Origin: Dehalococcoidia bacterium
GTDB taxonomy: Bacteria > Chloroflexota > Dehalococcoidia > UBA2979
DNA length: 64,000 nucleotides
Direction of reading: 5' to 3'
Assembly (NCBI GenBank): GCA_964291495.2
Contig: OZ219868.1
Coordinates: 64,001-128,000, forward strand
The stretch's first letter is position 1; every line of letters starts with the position of its first letter. Below are positions 10,960 through 19,246 of this stretch, piece after piece. Made by a program: the position numbers and the translations under genes. The notes beneath the pieces were generated by a model that saw only the letters and a list, made by a program, of their open reading frames with translations, was not told the origin of the DNA and did not search any database.

Positions 10960-12141
10960 CTACGGCTCGACCGAGAGCAGCGCGGCGCTCGCCGGCAGCG
11001 CTCCCGGTCCCGCGACGACGAGGCTGAATTCGACGTTGTCGACCTGGCAGGTCGACTCGCCGCGGACCTGGCGGGCAGCCTCGTTCACCAGCTCGAAGCC
11101 GTGCACGTAGGCCTCCGCGAGGTTGCCGCCGCTGGTGTTGATCGGCAGCTCGCCGTCCGGCCAGCGGAGGTTGCCGGCGCGCACCCAGTCCTCGATCTCC
11201 TCGGGCGGCGAGAAGCCCATCTCGGAGATCGCCATCAGCGCAAGGCCGGTGAAGTTCTCGTAGAACTGCGCGACCTGCACGTCCCTGGGGCCGACGCCGG
11301 CCCGCGACCAGATCATGTCGGCGATGTTCTTGTAGTGCGCGGTCGGGAAGTCGGGGTCGTTGTAGCCGGCGCCGACGGCGCCCCCGGCGGCGCCGCGGTA
11401 GTCGATGCCCTGCGCGGCCGAGCGGATGTAGACGGGCTGCTTGTCGAGCTCGCGGGCGCGCTCGGCGCTCGTCACGATCACCGCGGCCGAGCAGTCGTTC
11501 TCCTGACAGCAGTCGAAGAGCCGGAACGGCTCGACGATCCAGCGCGAGTTGAGGTAGTCGTCCTTGGTCAGCTCGCGGCCGTGGCGGATCGCCCGGGGAT
11601 TGCGCTGGGCGTGCGCGTAGGCGGCGAGCGAAATCTCCGCGAGGGCGTGCTCGGTGATCCCGTGCTCGTACATGAAGCGCTGCGCGATCATCGCGTACCA
11701 GTGCGCTGGGACCATCACGCCGTAAGGGATGCGGAAGGCGCCCTCCTCGGGCACGCGCACGCGGCCGGTCACGCGCGCCTGGCCGAAGCGCCCGTACTCG
11801 CCCTGGGCGAGGCTGCGATAGCAGACGACGTAGTCGGCGTAGCCGGCGGTGACCGCCGCGTCGGCGATGGCGAGCGTGCCGGCGACGTTGTTGCCTCCGC
11901 CGTCCCAGGACAGCGCGGCGAACTTCGTCTCGTTGACGCCCAGCACCGTCGAGAGCTTCGAGGGCGTGCTGCGGTCGTTGCCGTAGGAGACGAACCCGTC
12001 GATCTCCTCGACATCGATGCCCGCGTCGGCGGCGGCGTTGGTGATCGCCGTGACCGCCAGCTGCAGTTCGCTGTCCGGGGAGCCGCCCGGCCGATAGTAC
12101 GTCGATTCGCCGATGCCGACGATCGCCGAGGTGCCTCGCAT
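10960..12141 (-). CDS. Thiolase-like lipid-transfer protein (Ltp2/SCP2-thiolase type)
   Basis: AIVGIGES, DCCQEND, YENFT, NTSGGNLAEAYVHG; no nucleophilic Cys (WDGGGN). Confidence 0.88.
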   Translation of the reverse strand: MRGTSAIVGIGESTYYRPGGSPDSELQLAVTAITNAAADAGIDVEEIDGFVSYGNDRSTPSKLSTVLGVNETKFAALSWDGGGNNVAGTLAIADAAVTAGYADYVVCYRSLAQGEYGRFGQARVTGRVRVPEEGAFRIPYGVMVPAHWYAMIAQRFMYEHGITEHALAEISLAAYAHAQRNPRAIRHGRELTKDDYLNSRWIVEPFRLFDCCQENDCSAAVIVTSAERARELDKQPVYIRSAAQGIDYRGAAGGAVGAGYNDPDFPTAHYKNIADMIWSRAGVGPRDVQVAQFYENFTGLALMAISEMGFSPPEEIEDWVRAGNLRWPDGELPINTSGGNLAEAYVHGFELVNEAARQVRGESTCQVDNVEFSLVVAGPGALPASAALLSVEP

Positions 12142-12463
12142 GGGGCGCCCCTTCCCGCTGCGCGCCCGCCTGTCCTGCCGGCGAGCGCCCGGATCGTGTG
12201 CGCTTCCGCCCGGGATGTCAAAGCGCGCGGGGAAGCCCGGGTTCCAGCCGCGCGGCTCGAGATCGTGGAGACGGGCCGCGCGACAACGCGCCGCCCGCGC
12301 GCGCGTCCTCTCGCGATACGGGCCCGAATCAACGATTCGAGAGAGTGAGCACGGTCACAACGCAGCGGGTATGGCACGGGAGTGGTATGGTTACGTCCAG
12401 CCTTGGATGCTTGACTTGTGCGTGCTACGCCGGTGAAGTGTCCGCCTGAAAGAACCGAGGCAA

Positions 12464-12498
12464 TTGACCAGGGTAAAAGGTAACTATAACCGTACCCT
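12464..12498 (+). promoter_or_regulatory. Sigma70-like promoter with overlapping inverted repeat upstream of the PAS-LuxR gene
   Basis: TTGACC-N15-TATAAC (short spacer); AGGGTA-N17-TACCCT inverted repeat in an AT-rich patch. Confidence 0.45.
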
Positions 12499-12513
12499 TA
12501 ATGGTCGTCGATC

Positions 12514-13203
12514 ATGCAAGGATTTGCGCCGGTGACATTGGATGCCATCTTCCAGCTTCTCGCGACCGCTCAGTTCGGCGCCTACGTCATGTCGCTCGAT
12601 CAGAAGATCATCTTCTGGAATCAGGCCGCCGAGCGGATCCTCGGCTTCCCGCGCGACCAGGTGATCGGTCGCCGCTGCTACGAGGTGGTGACGGGGCTGA
12701 GCCCCGGGGGCTTCACGCCCGAGTGCCTGCTCGGCTGCCCGTCGCTCCGCTCACTGCGAGGCGGTGATATCCCGAGTGCGTTCACCATGCTGATGCTGTG
12801 CGAGTCCGGCGAGCGCAAGGCAGTTTCGCTCACGCCGATGGTGATCGCCGCTCCCGGCGAGGACACGCCGTTCCTGGTACACCTCTTCGACGAGCCCGCC
12901 GAGGACGAAGGAGCCGACCAGGCGGCCGATTCACTGCGGAGCGAGTTGCGTGAGCAGGGCGCAGCCATCGTGTCGGACCAAGCGCCGGCGACCTCGACTC
13001 CGTCTGATCTCGGCAGACTGACCCAGCGAGAGCTCGAGGTTCTGCGCCTGGTAGCCGCGGGCTGGGGCACGCATCGGATCGCCGAGGCGTTGAGCATCAG
13101 TCCGCATACCGTGCGCAACCACGTGCGCCACTTCCGCGGGAAGCTGAACGCGACGACGAAGCTCGATGCAGTCGTCACGGCGATCCGCCTCGGGATCCTG
13201 TAG
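12514..13203 (+). CDS. PAS domain + LuxR-type HTH transcriptional regulator
   Basis: WNQAAERILG PAS motif; LTQRELEVL...IAEALSISPHTVRNHV...KL LuxR HTH. Confidence 0.92.
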   Translation: MQGFAPVTLDAIFQLLATAQFGAYVMSLDQKIIFWNQAAERILGFPRDQVIGRRCYEVVTGLSPGGFTPECLLGCPSLRSLRGGDIPSAFTMLMLCESGERKAVSLTPMVIAAPGEDTPFLVHLFDEPAEDEGADQAADSLRSELREQGAAIVSDQAPATSTPSDLGRLTQRELEVLRLVAAGWGTHRIAEALSISPHTVRNHVRHFRGKLNATTKLDAVVTAIRLGIL

Positions 13204-13321
13204 TCGCATCGCAGGAGGTGGCCCGCTCGGCCCGCCCCGGACGCGCCAGCAACGGTCCGGATGAAGGTCATGCCGGGAAAGCAGTTCGCGTCGGCGGGCG
13301 CCTCAGCCGCCCGTTCCCCGA

Positions 13322-13350
13322 ATAGGATGGCAGCCTCGGATAGGATGGCA
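13322..13350 (+). repeat. 11-bp direct repeat (ataggatggca x2) immediately upstream of the MMPL start
   Basis: Copies at 13322 and 13340; the second overlaps the RBS region. Confidence 0.6.
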
Positions 13351-13354
13351 CGCC

Positions 13355-15838
13355 ATGAGTAGGGTTCTCGCCAGGCTGAGCTGGCTGATCACCGTTCGCC
13401 CGTACCTCACGATCCTCGTGCTCTTCATCATCACCGTCGTGCTGGCCGCGGGAGCAGGGCGGCGCGCCCCGGTCGTGGAGGGCGCTGCCCTGGCCTTCCT
13501 GCCCCCGGGGAACGCCGTCGCCAATGCGATCGAGGAGATCGACACGCACTTCGGGGAGTCGAGCGACGTCGGCGTCGTCACGCTGATCTTCCGTGGGGAC
13601 GCACTCACTCCCGAGGGGCTCGCGCAGATGGACGGCCTGATCGGTCGCATCGCCGGCGATCCGGGCGTGGGGGAGCTGCTGGCGCACGGCGACCCGATCA
13701 TCGCGCCCACCCTGGTCATCAATGCCGTGCTCCAACGAGATGGCCTCGCGGCGGTCACGCAGGCGGAGATCGACGCCGCCCGCGCTGTCCCCGAGATCGG
13801 CGGGGCGCTCGACGCGATGACCGGAACCGACACCGACGGTACGCCGGTCGCGATAGCCACGATCCGCCTGATCAACACCGGGGACGAGCGAGTAAAGGAG
13901 GCCGAACGGCGGATCAACGAGCTGGCGATCGCGGACGAGGGCCCACTGCGCGTGAGCAGCGTCTCGCCGATCGTGGTCGAGGATGAGTACCGCAAGGCCA
14001 CCGAGGAGGGCATGGCGCCCCTGATCGGCCTGGCGCTGCTCCTGATCGCCGCACTGATCCTGGTCTTCCTCCGCACGCTTTCGGACCTGCTGCTCACGCT
14101 GGTCGGCCTGCTCCTCTCGCTGATCTGGGTGATCGGGGCGGAGGGCTGGCTCGGACCGAACGCGCTGGGGCTGATCGGCCCGCCGAGCTCGCTGACCGCA
14201 TTGGTGCCGATCATCGTGATCAGCCTCACCGTGGACTACGCGATCCAGGCCGTCTCGCACTACCGCGAGCAGCGCGCCGAGGGCGAGCCGGTGGTGGCGG
14301 CGGTGCGGATCGGACTGCAACACGTCACCGTCCCGCTGACCCTGGCCGCCGTCACGACGATCGCGAGCCTGCTGGTGAACCTGCTCTCCCCGATCGGGGT
14401 GATGGGCGACTTCGGCATCGTCGCCGGGCTCGGCGTGGGGATGAGCCTGATCGTGATGCTGACGCTGATCCCGGCCGGCCGGGTGATCATCGACCGGCGG
14501 CGCGAGTCGCGCGGCACGTTGACGCAGCCTCGCCAGGTCGCGAACGCCCTGCCCGGCATCGGCCGGCTGGCGGAGCTTCTCGGGACCTCGGTCGCGCGCA
14601 CCCCGGCGCCCTACTTCGTCGTCGTGATCGCGGTGACCATCGGGCTCGGGTACGCAGCCACGGGACTCGAGTCCGGGTTCAATATCCGCGAGATCCTTCC
14701 CCGGGGCGGCAGCGTGCTGAAAGACATGGAGACGCTCGACGCAACCGTCGGCGGCTCAACGGAGATGGCGAGCGTGCTCATCACGGCCGAGGCCACCGAG
14801 ACTCGCACGCTGCTGAACCTCCACGACCTCAGGATTGCCTTCGATGACGAGGCGCGTCGCCCGCCGGCGGCGGCGGGACCGATCCAGGTCTCCTACGAGT
14901 TACTCGTCAGCGACTGGACAGAGGACAGCGGCGCGCTCGGCGACAAGTACGATCCGGAGCTCGCAGCGCTCTTCCAGCAAGCCACCACGGGGGTGCAGCT
15001 CGACCCGATCGTGATGCAGGAGTTCCTCGACAAGCTCACGGCGAGAGATCCCACCCTCGCGCGTGCGCTTGTGAACGATCCGCAGGGCGTCGACGCCATG
15101 CTGGTCCAGTTCCCAGCCTACTCAGGGGATCCCGCAGTCACGAGGGAGCTGCAGGAGGACATCGAGGCGCTCTGGTTCGGCGACGACGGCGCGGTGACGG
15201 CGACCTCGCTGGACATCGTCGCGGTCGCGGTTACCGACGAGATCACCGGCCGGCAGACCCAGGCGATCAGCACGACCATCGCGGTGGCCCTCGGGATTCT
15301 CGCCCTCTTCTTCTGGGTGACGCTGCGCCAGCCGCTCCTGGCGGTTGTCGCGGTGGGGCCGATCGTGCTCGTCCTTATCTGGGTGCTGGGCACGATGGCG
15401 CTGCTCGACATCCCCTACACGCTGGTCACCTCGATCATCACGGCGCTCTCCATCGGGATCGGGGTGGACTACACGATCCACCTGATCCATCGCTACCGCG
15501 AGGAGTTCACCCGTGTGCGCAATCCGGAGCAGGCGGCGATCCGGACGCTGGCCACCACCGGCTCGGCGCTGCTGGGCTCCGCGCTGACGACGGCGCTCGG
15601 GCTCGGCGTGCTGGTGGCCTCTCCGCTGCTCGCGTCCCAGCAGTTCGGCCTCACGGCGGCGATCACGATCGCCTACTCGCTGATCGTGTCGATCCTCGTG
15701 GTGCCGCCCGCCATGACCGTCTGGGGCGCCTACCAGAACATGCGGCTCCGCTCGATGGTGGACCGCATGGCGGAGGAGCTGGACCTGGCGATCGAGGCGG
15801 TGCACCGCCGCCACGAGGAGGAGCAGGGCGCGCCGTAG
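13355..15838 (+). CDS. MMPL/RND family lipid transporter (paralog 1)
   Basis: 12-TM RND layout with two large loops; SLTVDYAI and GIGVDYTIH D-Y motifs. Confidence 0.9.
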   Translation: MSRVLARLSWLITVRPYLTILVLFIITVVLAAGAGRRAPVVEGAALAFLPPGNAVANAIEEIDTHFGESSDVGVVTLIFRGDALTPEGLAQMDGLIGRIAGDPGVGELLAHGDPIIAPTLVINAVLQRDGLAAVTQAEIDAARAVPEIGGALDAMTGTDTDGTPVAIATIRLINTGDERVKEAERRINELAIADEGPLRVSSVSPIVVEDEYRKATEEGMAPLIGLALLLIAALILVFLRTLSDLLLTLVGLLLSLIWVIGAEGWLGPNALGLIGPPSSLTALVPIIVISLTVDYAIQAVSHYREQRAEGEPVVAAVRIGLQHVTVPLTLAAVTTIASLLVNLLSPIGVMGDFGIVAGLGVGMSLIVMLTLIPAGRVIIDRRRESRGTLTQPRQVANALPGIGRLAELLGTSVARTPAPYFVVVIAVTIGLGYAATGLESGFNIREILPRGGSVLKDMETLDATVGGSTEMASVLITAEATETRTLLNLHDLRIAFDDEARRPPAAAGPIQVSYELLVSDWTEDSGALGDKYDPELAALFQQATTGVQLDPIVMQEFLDKLTARDPTLARALVNDPQGVDAMLVQFPAYSGDPAVTRELQEDIEALWFGDDGAVTATSLDIVAVAVTDEITGRQTQAISTTIAVALGILALFFWVTLRQPLLAVVAVGPIVLVLIWVLGTMALLDIPYTLVTSIITALSIGIGVDYTIHLIHRYREEFTRVRNPEQAAIRTLATTGSALLGSALTTALGLGVLVASPLLASQQFGLTAAITIAYSLIVSILVVPPAMTVWGAYQNMRLRSMVDRMAEELDLAIEAVHRRHEEEQGAP

Positions 15839-15891
15839 GCAGCGAGCGACGGCGCAGCGACACGCCCCGGCCCCGCTGCGTCGGCAGTCTG

Positions 15892-16914
15892 CTAGAGGGG
15901 CTTTCGAGCGAGAAAACAGTAGAGCGGTGTGAAGATGCCTGCCTTGCCGCCCGCGACATAGGCATCCGCAGTCCGATCGAGCAGTCGGACGACTTCCGCG
16001 GAGCCCTCGGGAAACAGCCGCACCACTTCAGCCAGCCCCAGTCCTGCGATCAACGCCTTGCGGCCCCACGGAAGCCTGCGAAGGGCCGTTCCCAGCGTCC
16101 CGTGGCGGCTTTCCATGGGCTGATACCAGGGTGTGGATGGTTCCGTTGTGGCTCCTCGGTCTAGCCCTTCGATAACGTGGAACCCGGCCTCTTCAAGCGC
16201 GTGGTTCACCTCCCTGAACGTCGCGATCTCGTTCAGAGCAATCCCGCGCATCAGGTCCTGCTTGATGGCCTGATGGCGGCGGTCGTTCGGATCGAACGTG
16301 TCCGTAAGGCACATCTCCTGGCCCCAGAAGAGGGCTCCGGGCTTCAGCACGCGGAAGATCTCCTCGAACGCACCTTGCTTGTCCGGCGCGTGGCACGTTG
16401 ACTCGATAGCGTACCCGCCGTCGAAGGTGTCGTCCGCGATTGCGCCCATGTCCATGAAGCTGCAGGCGTGGTAGTCAACCATGTGGTCGAGCCCCGCCTC
16501 GGCGTTCAACCGTTTCGCCCTCTCCAACTGGATCGTGTTGATGTTGATGCCGACTACGCGGACGCCGGACTCGCGGGCGACGCGGCGCATGGGGCCGCCG
16601 ATTCCACAACCGACATCGATAACCGTCATGCCCTGCTGCAGCTCCAGCCGGGAGATCATCAACCGCTGATGCCGGACCTGGGACTCCTCGAGGCTCTCGG
16701 TTGGGGAGAGGGGCGCGAAGTGCAGGGACTCGCTCCAGCCCCACACCATGAATCCGCTGCACAGGTCGTAGTAGTCCTTGACCGTCTCCGTGTGGTCGTA
16801 CCCGGCTTCTGGCGCCGCCCGATCGATCCAGCCGTCGAAGCGCTGGACTCTGTGCCTGACGTCCGTTCCCCGGTACGCATCTCGCAGCTCTCTCGATAGC
16901 CTGCGCAACTGCAC
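15892..16914 (-). CDS. Sterol C-24 methyltransferase-like (ERG6/SMT family) SAM-dependent methyltransferase
   Basis: YYD...WGWSESLHFA (region I), DVGCGIGGP (II), YAIESTCHAP (III), RVLKPG, C-terminal GGKAGIFTPLYCFLARKP (Sterol_MT_C); GGAGGAG RBS. Confidence 0.9.
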   Translation of the reverse strand: MQLRRLSRELRDAYRGTDVRHRVQRFDGWIDRAAPEAGYDHTETVKDYYDLCSGFMVWGWSESLHFAPLSPTESLEESQVRHQRLMISRLELQQGMTVIDVGCGIGGPMRRVARESGVRVVGININTIQLERAKRLNAEAGLDHMVDYHACSFMDMGAIADDTFDGGYAIESTCHAPDKQGAFEEIFRVLKPGALFWGQEMCLTDTFDPNDRRHQAIKQDLMRGIALNEIATFREVNHALEEAGFHVIEGLDRGATTEPSTPWYQPMESRHGTLGTALRRLPWGRKALIAGLGLAEVVRLFPEGSAEVVRLLDRTADAYVAGGKAGIFTPLYCFLARKPL

Positions 16915-17045
16915 GCCCTGGCTCTCCTCCCCGATCGCGCCGATCGTGGTACGCGGTCTGGTCTAGCTGCCTGCTGAGGATGACGCCGATCTCCACGGGG
17001 TCGGGCCGTGGCGGTCGGCGACGGGGATGGTTCGCCGCGTCAGCG

Positions 17046-19091
17046 TTATGAGCTCGCGGCCGGCGCTGTGGGGATCTCGCGCCGCTGCTCGGCGATGTGG
17101 AACTTCAGCTTCTTGCTCACCGAGAGCGACGGGAACGGGTCGATCTTGAGCTTGTAGTTCCTGGGCGCCACCTCGATCGTGAAGTGGTGCGCGAGCAGCA
17201 GCAGGTTGACGGCGAGCTGCAGCTCCATCCAGCGGTTCCCGAGGCAGGTATGCGTACCCAGCCCGAACGGGGCGTACCCGGGGCTGAGGTGTTCGTTGCG
17301 CGGAGGCAGGTAGCGGTCGATGTCGAATGTCCACGGCTCCGGGAAGATGTCGCTCATGTAGTGCGCCGCTGCCTGGGCGATGAAGATCCGTGACCCCTCC
17401 GGGATTTCGTAACCCTCGACCACGCACGCATTCATCACGGTCCGGACGGACATCGGAACGATCGAGTACATGCGCATGGATTCCATGATGAAGCGGCGCG
17501 TCACGTCGATCGAGTCCTCCGTGAAGCCCTCGCGTCCGGGATCGCCGCCATCGAACAGGGCGTCCGCCTCTTCCCGGATCCTGGCGTAGAGCTCGGGCTG
17601 GGACGCCATCGCGTAGAGCGCGAAGCTCAGGCCATCGCCGAGGTAGACGCTGGCGATCAGCGGCGCGGAGAGGACGAAGCGCAGGTTCGACTCCGGGAGG
17701 AACGAAGGGTCGCTCGAGTGCAAGCTGAGCAGGTCGTCCGCGAGATCGCGGGGGCAGCCCGCCCGCTGGGCGGCCGTGTGGACACTCTGGACGCGCTCCA
17801 GCAGCACCTGGATGCTCTTTGCCCGGCGCCGCATTCCCGGGGTCTTGAGCATGAACTTGGGCATGACACCCAGGACGTGCGTGGACAGCGCCCGCGTCTT
17901 GTACTTGACCAGATCGTCCAGGACGTCCTGCGAGTCGACGCTGATCATCAGGGGCGAGATCTGGGAGTTGATCAGCTGCCGGCACATGGACACCGCGGGG
18001 CGAGTGTCTCCAACCTCCCAGGTCGCCATGTGTGACCGGGTGTGGTCGTAGAGATCCTCGAGTTGCCCTTCCAGCCTCGCGCGCGAGTACCCCGGCGCCA
18101 GGGCCTTGCGGAACCGGAAGTGATCGGCGCCGTCCAGCGCGGGCAAGATTCCCGATGCGCCATAGACCTTCTCGAAGTCCTGGAGATAGTCCCGGGCCCT
18201 CAGGTACGTGCGCCCCTGCCGATGCGCCCAGTAGTTCGTCTCCGACCCGGCCAGGACGAGCATGGGCTTCTGGAACGGCGGGTTGAGCTGGTACACGGGC
18301 CCGTACTGTTCGGCGAGATCCGCGAACAGTGCGGGGAGATTGCCGTCGCGAAGATGCCGGTGCAGCGCGAACTTGAGCAGCGGTACCTGGGGAATCGACT
18401 TCGTAAGGCCGGCACGTCCGATCAAGGGGACGTTCATGTTCTGGGTGACTGCCTCGGCGATCGCCCGCCCGATCAGGTCCATCCGGCAGACAAGCTCGAT
18501 GCGCTCCTCCAGCTCGTCGTCGAGCTGGAACATGAAGCGAAACACGTCACAGGTATTGACGAGGGCGACAATGATCACGTCACGAGGGTCGGGGATCTCG
18601 TTGTTGAAGAGCACCCTGCTGATGCGCGTCTTGACGAACTGGGCAGCGGTGCCTTCCCTCTCGCTGCTGAACATCTCGGTCTGCCATGCACGATTCGCAA
18701 GCGTCCAGAAGTCGCCTTCGTGATGCTCCAGGATCTGTCGATCAACCAGGCGCTCAAGCGTCAGGTCGATGATCGACTCTGCACGCGGCGCAAGCCGTTC
18801 GATCCAGTATTGCGCGTTTCGCTGCGTCGTTTCACTTGCAATCTGATCCAGAATGGGATCCAGAACAGGATTGCCGGTTTCCGTCTGGTCCAGAAGGATC
18901 AGGGAGTCCATGTCTGTATCGATACGAGATATGAGCGACAGCTCCGCAAGTGCGGCGCCGACGACGGCGCAGTTCAAGTGCCAGCCTGGTACCTGGTGAA
19001 AGTACCCGCTCTCTTCATTGAGCAGCATCAGGATGAGCTCTTCGGGCAAACTCAGCGCTTGAGTCGTCACGCGGTCGGTAGCGAGAGTCAT
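17046..19091 (-). CDS. GPP34 (GOLPH3/Vps74)-domain cytochrome P450 fusion (paralog 1)
   Basis: N-terminal ~215 aa LSLPEELILMLL...GAALAELSL..RI...TGNPVLD...LERLV..(G)IL; C-terminal P450 with ESMR, PWTFDIDRY, FGLGTHTCLG. Confidence 0.85.
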   Translation of the reverse strand: MTLATDRVTTQALSLPEELILMLLNEESGYFHQVPGWHLNCAVVGAALAELSLISRIDTDMDSLILLDQTETGNPVLDPILDQIASETTQRNAQYWIERLAPRAESIIDLTLERLVDRQILEHHEGDFWTLANRAWQTEMFSSEREGTAAQFVKTRISRVLFNNEIPDPRDVIIVALVNTCDVFRFMFQLDDELEERIELVCRMDLIGRAIAEAVTQNMNVPLIGRAGLTKSIPQVPLLKFALHRHLRDGNLPALFADLAEQYGPVYQLNPPFQKPMLVLAGSETNYWAHRQGRTYLRARDYLQDFEKVYGASGILPALDGADHFRFRKALAPGYSRARLEGQLEDLYDHTRSHMATWEVGDTRPAVSMCRQLINSQISPLMISVDSQDVLDDLVKYKTRALSTHVLGVMPKFMLKTPGMRRRAKSIQVLLERVQSVHTAAQRAGCPRDLADDLLSLHSSDPSFLPESNLRFVLSAPLIASVYLGDGLSFALYAMASQPELYARIREEADALFDGGDPGREGFTEDSIDVTRRFIMESMRMYSIVPMSVRTVMNACVVEGYEIPEGSRIFIAQAAAHYMSDIFPEPWTFDIDRYLPPRNEHLSPGYAPFGLGTHTCLGNRWMELQLAVNLLLLAHHFTIEVAPRNYKLKIDPFPSLSVSKKLKFHIAEQRREIPTAPAASS

Positions 19092-19246
19092 CCATCTTCC
19101 TCCCTGCCCGTCATCAAAATAGTGTAGGTCACGCGCTCAGGCCTCGCAAGGCGACATCCGTGAGACGTCCGGCCAGCCGTGCGGGGAACGCCCCGCTCCC
19201 GTATCCTGACTCCGTGCAGCGGACGACAACAGCGGGAAGGCAGGCC

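Noticed and set aside
12481-12500. TAACTATAAC resembles the I-CeuI site in 23S rRNA
   Set aside because: Only 10 nt match and there is no flanking rRNA sequence; better explained as a promoter/operator
12141-12514. attL copy of the tRNA-Gln 3' end (also sought at 23230-23700)
   Set aside because: No match to tggctgccgggggaggaatcgaacc found by inspection
16984-17020. GC hairpin between the P450 fusion and the SMT as a riboswitch/ncRNA
   Set aside because: No recognisable aptamer motif; such stems are common at this GC content
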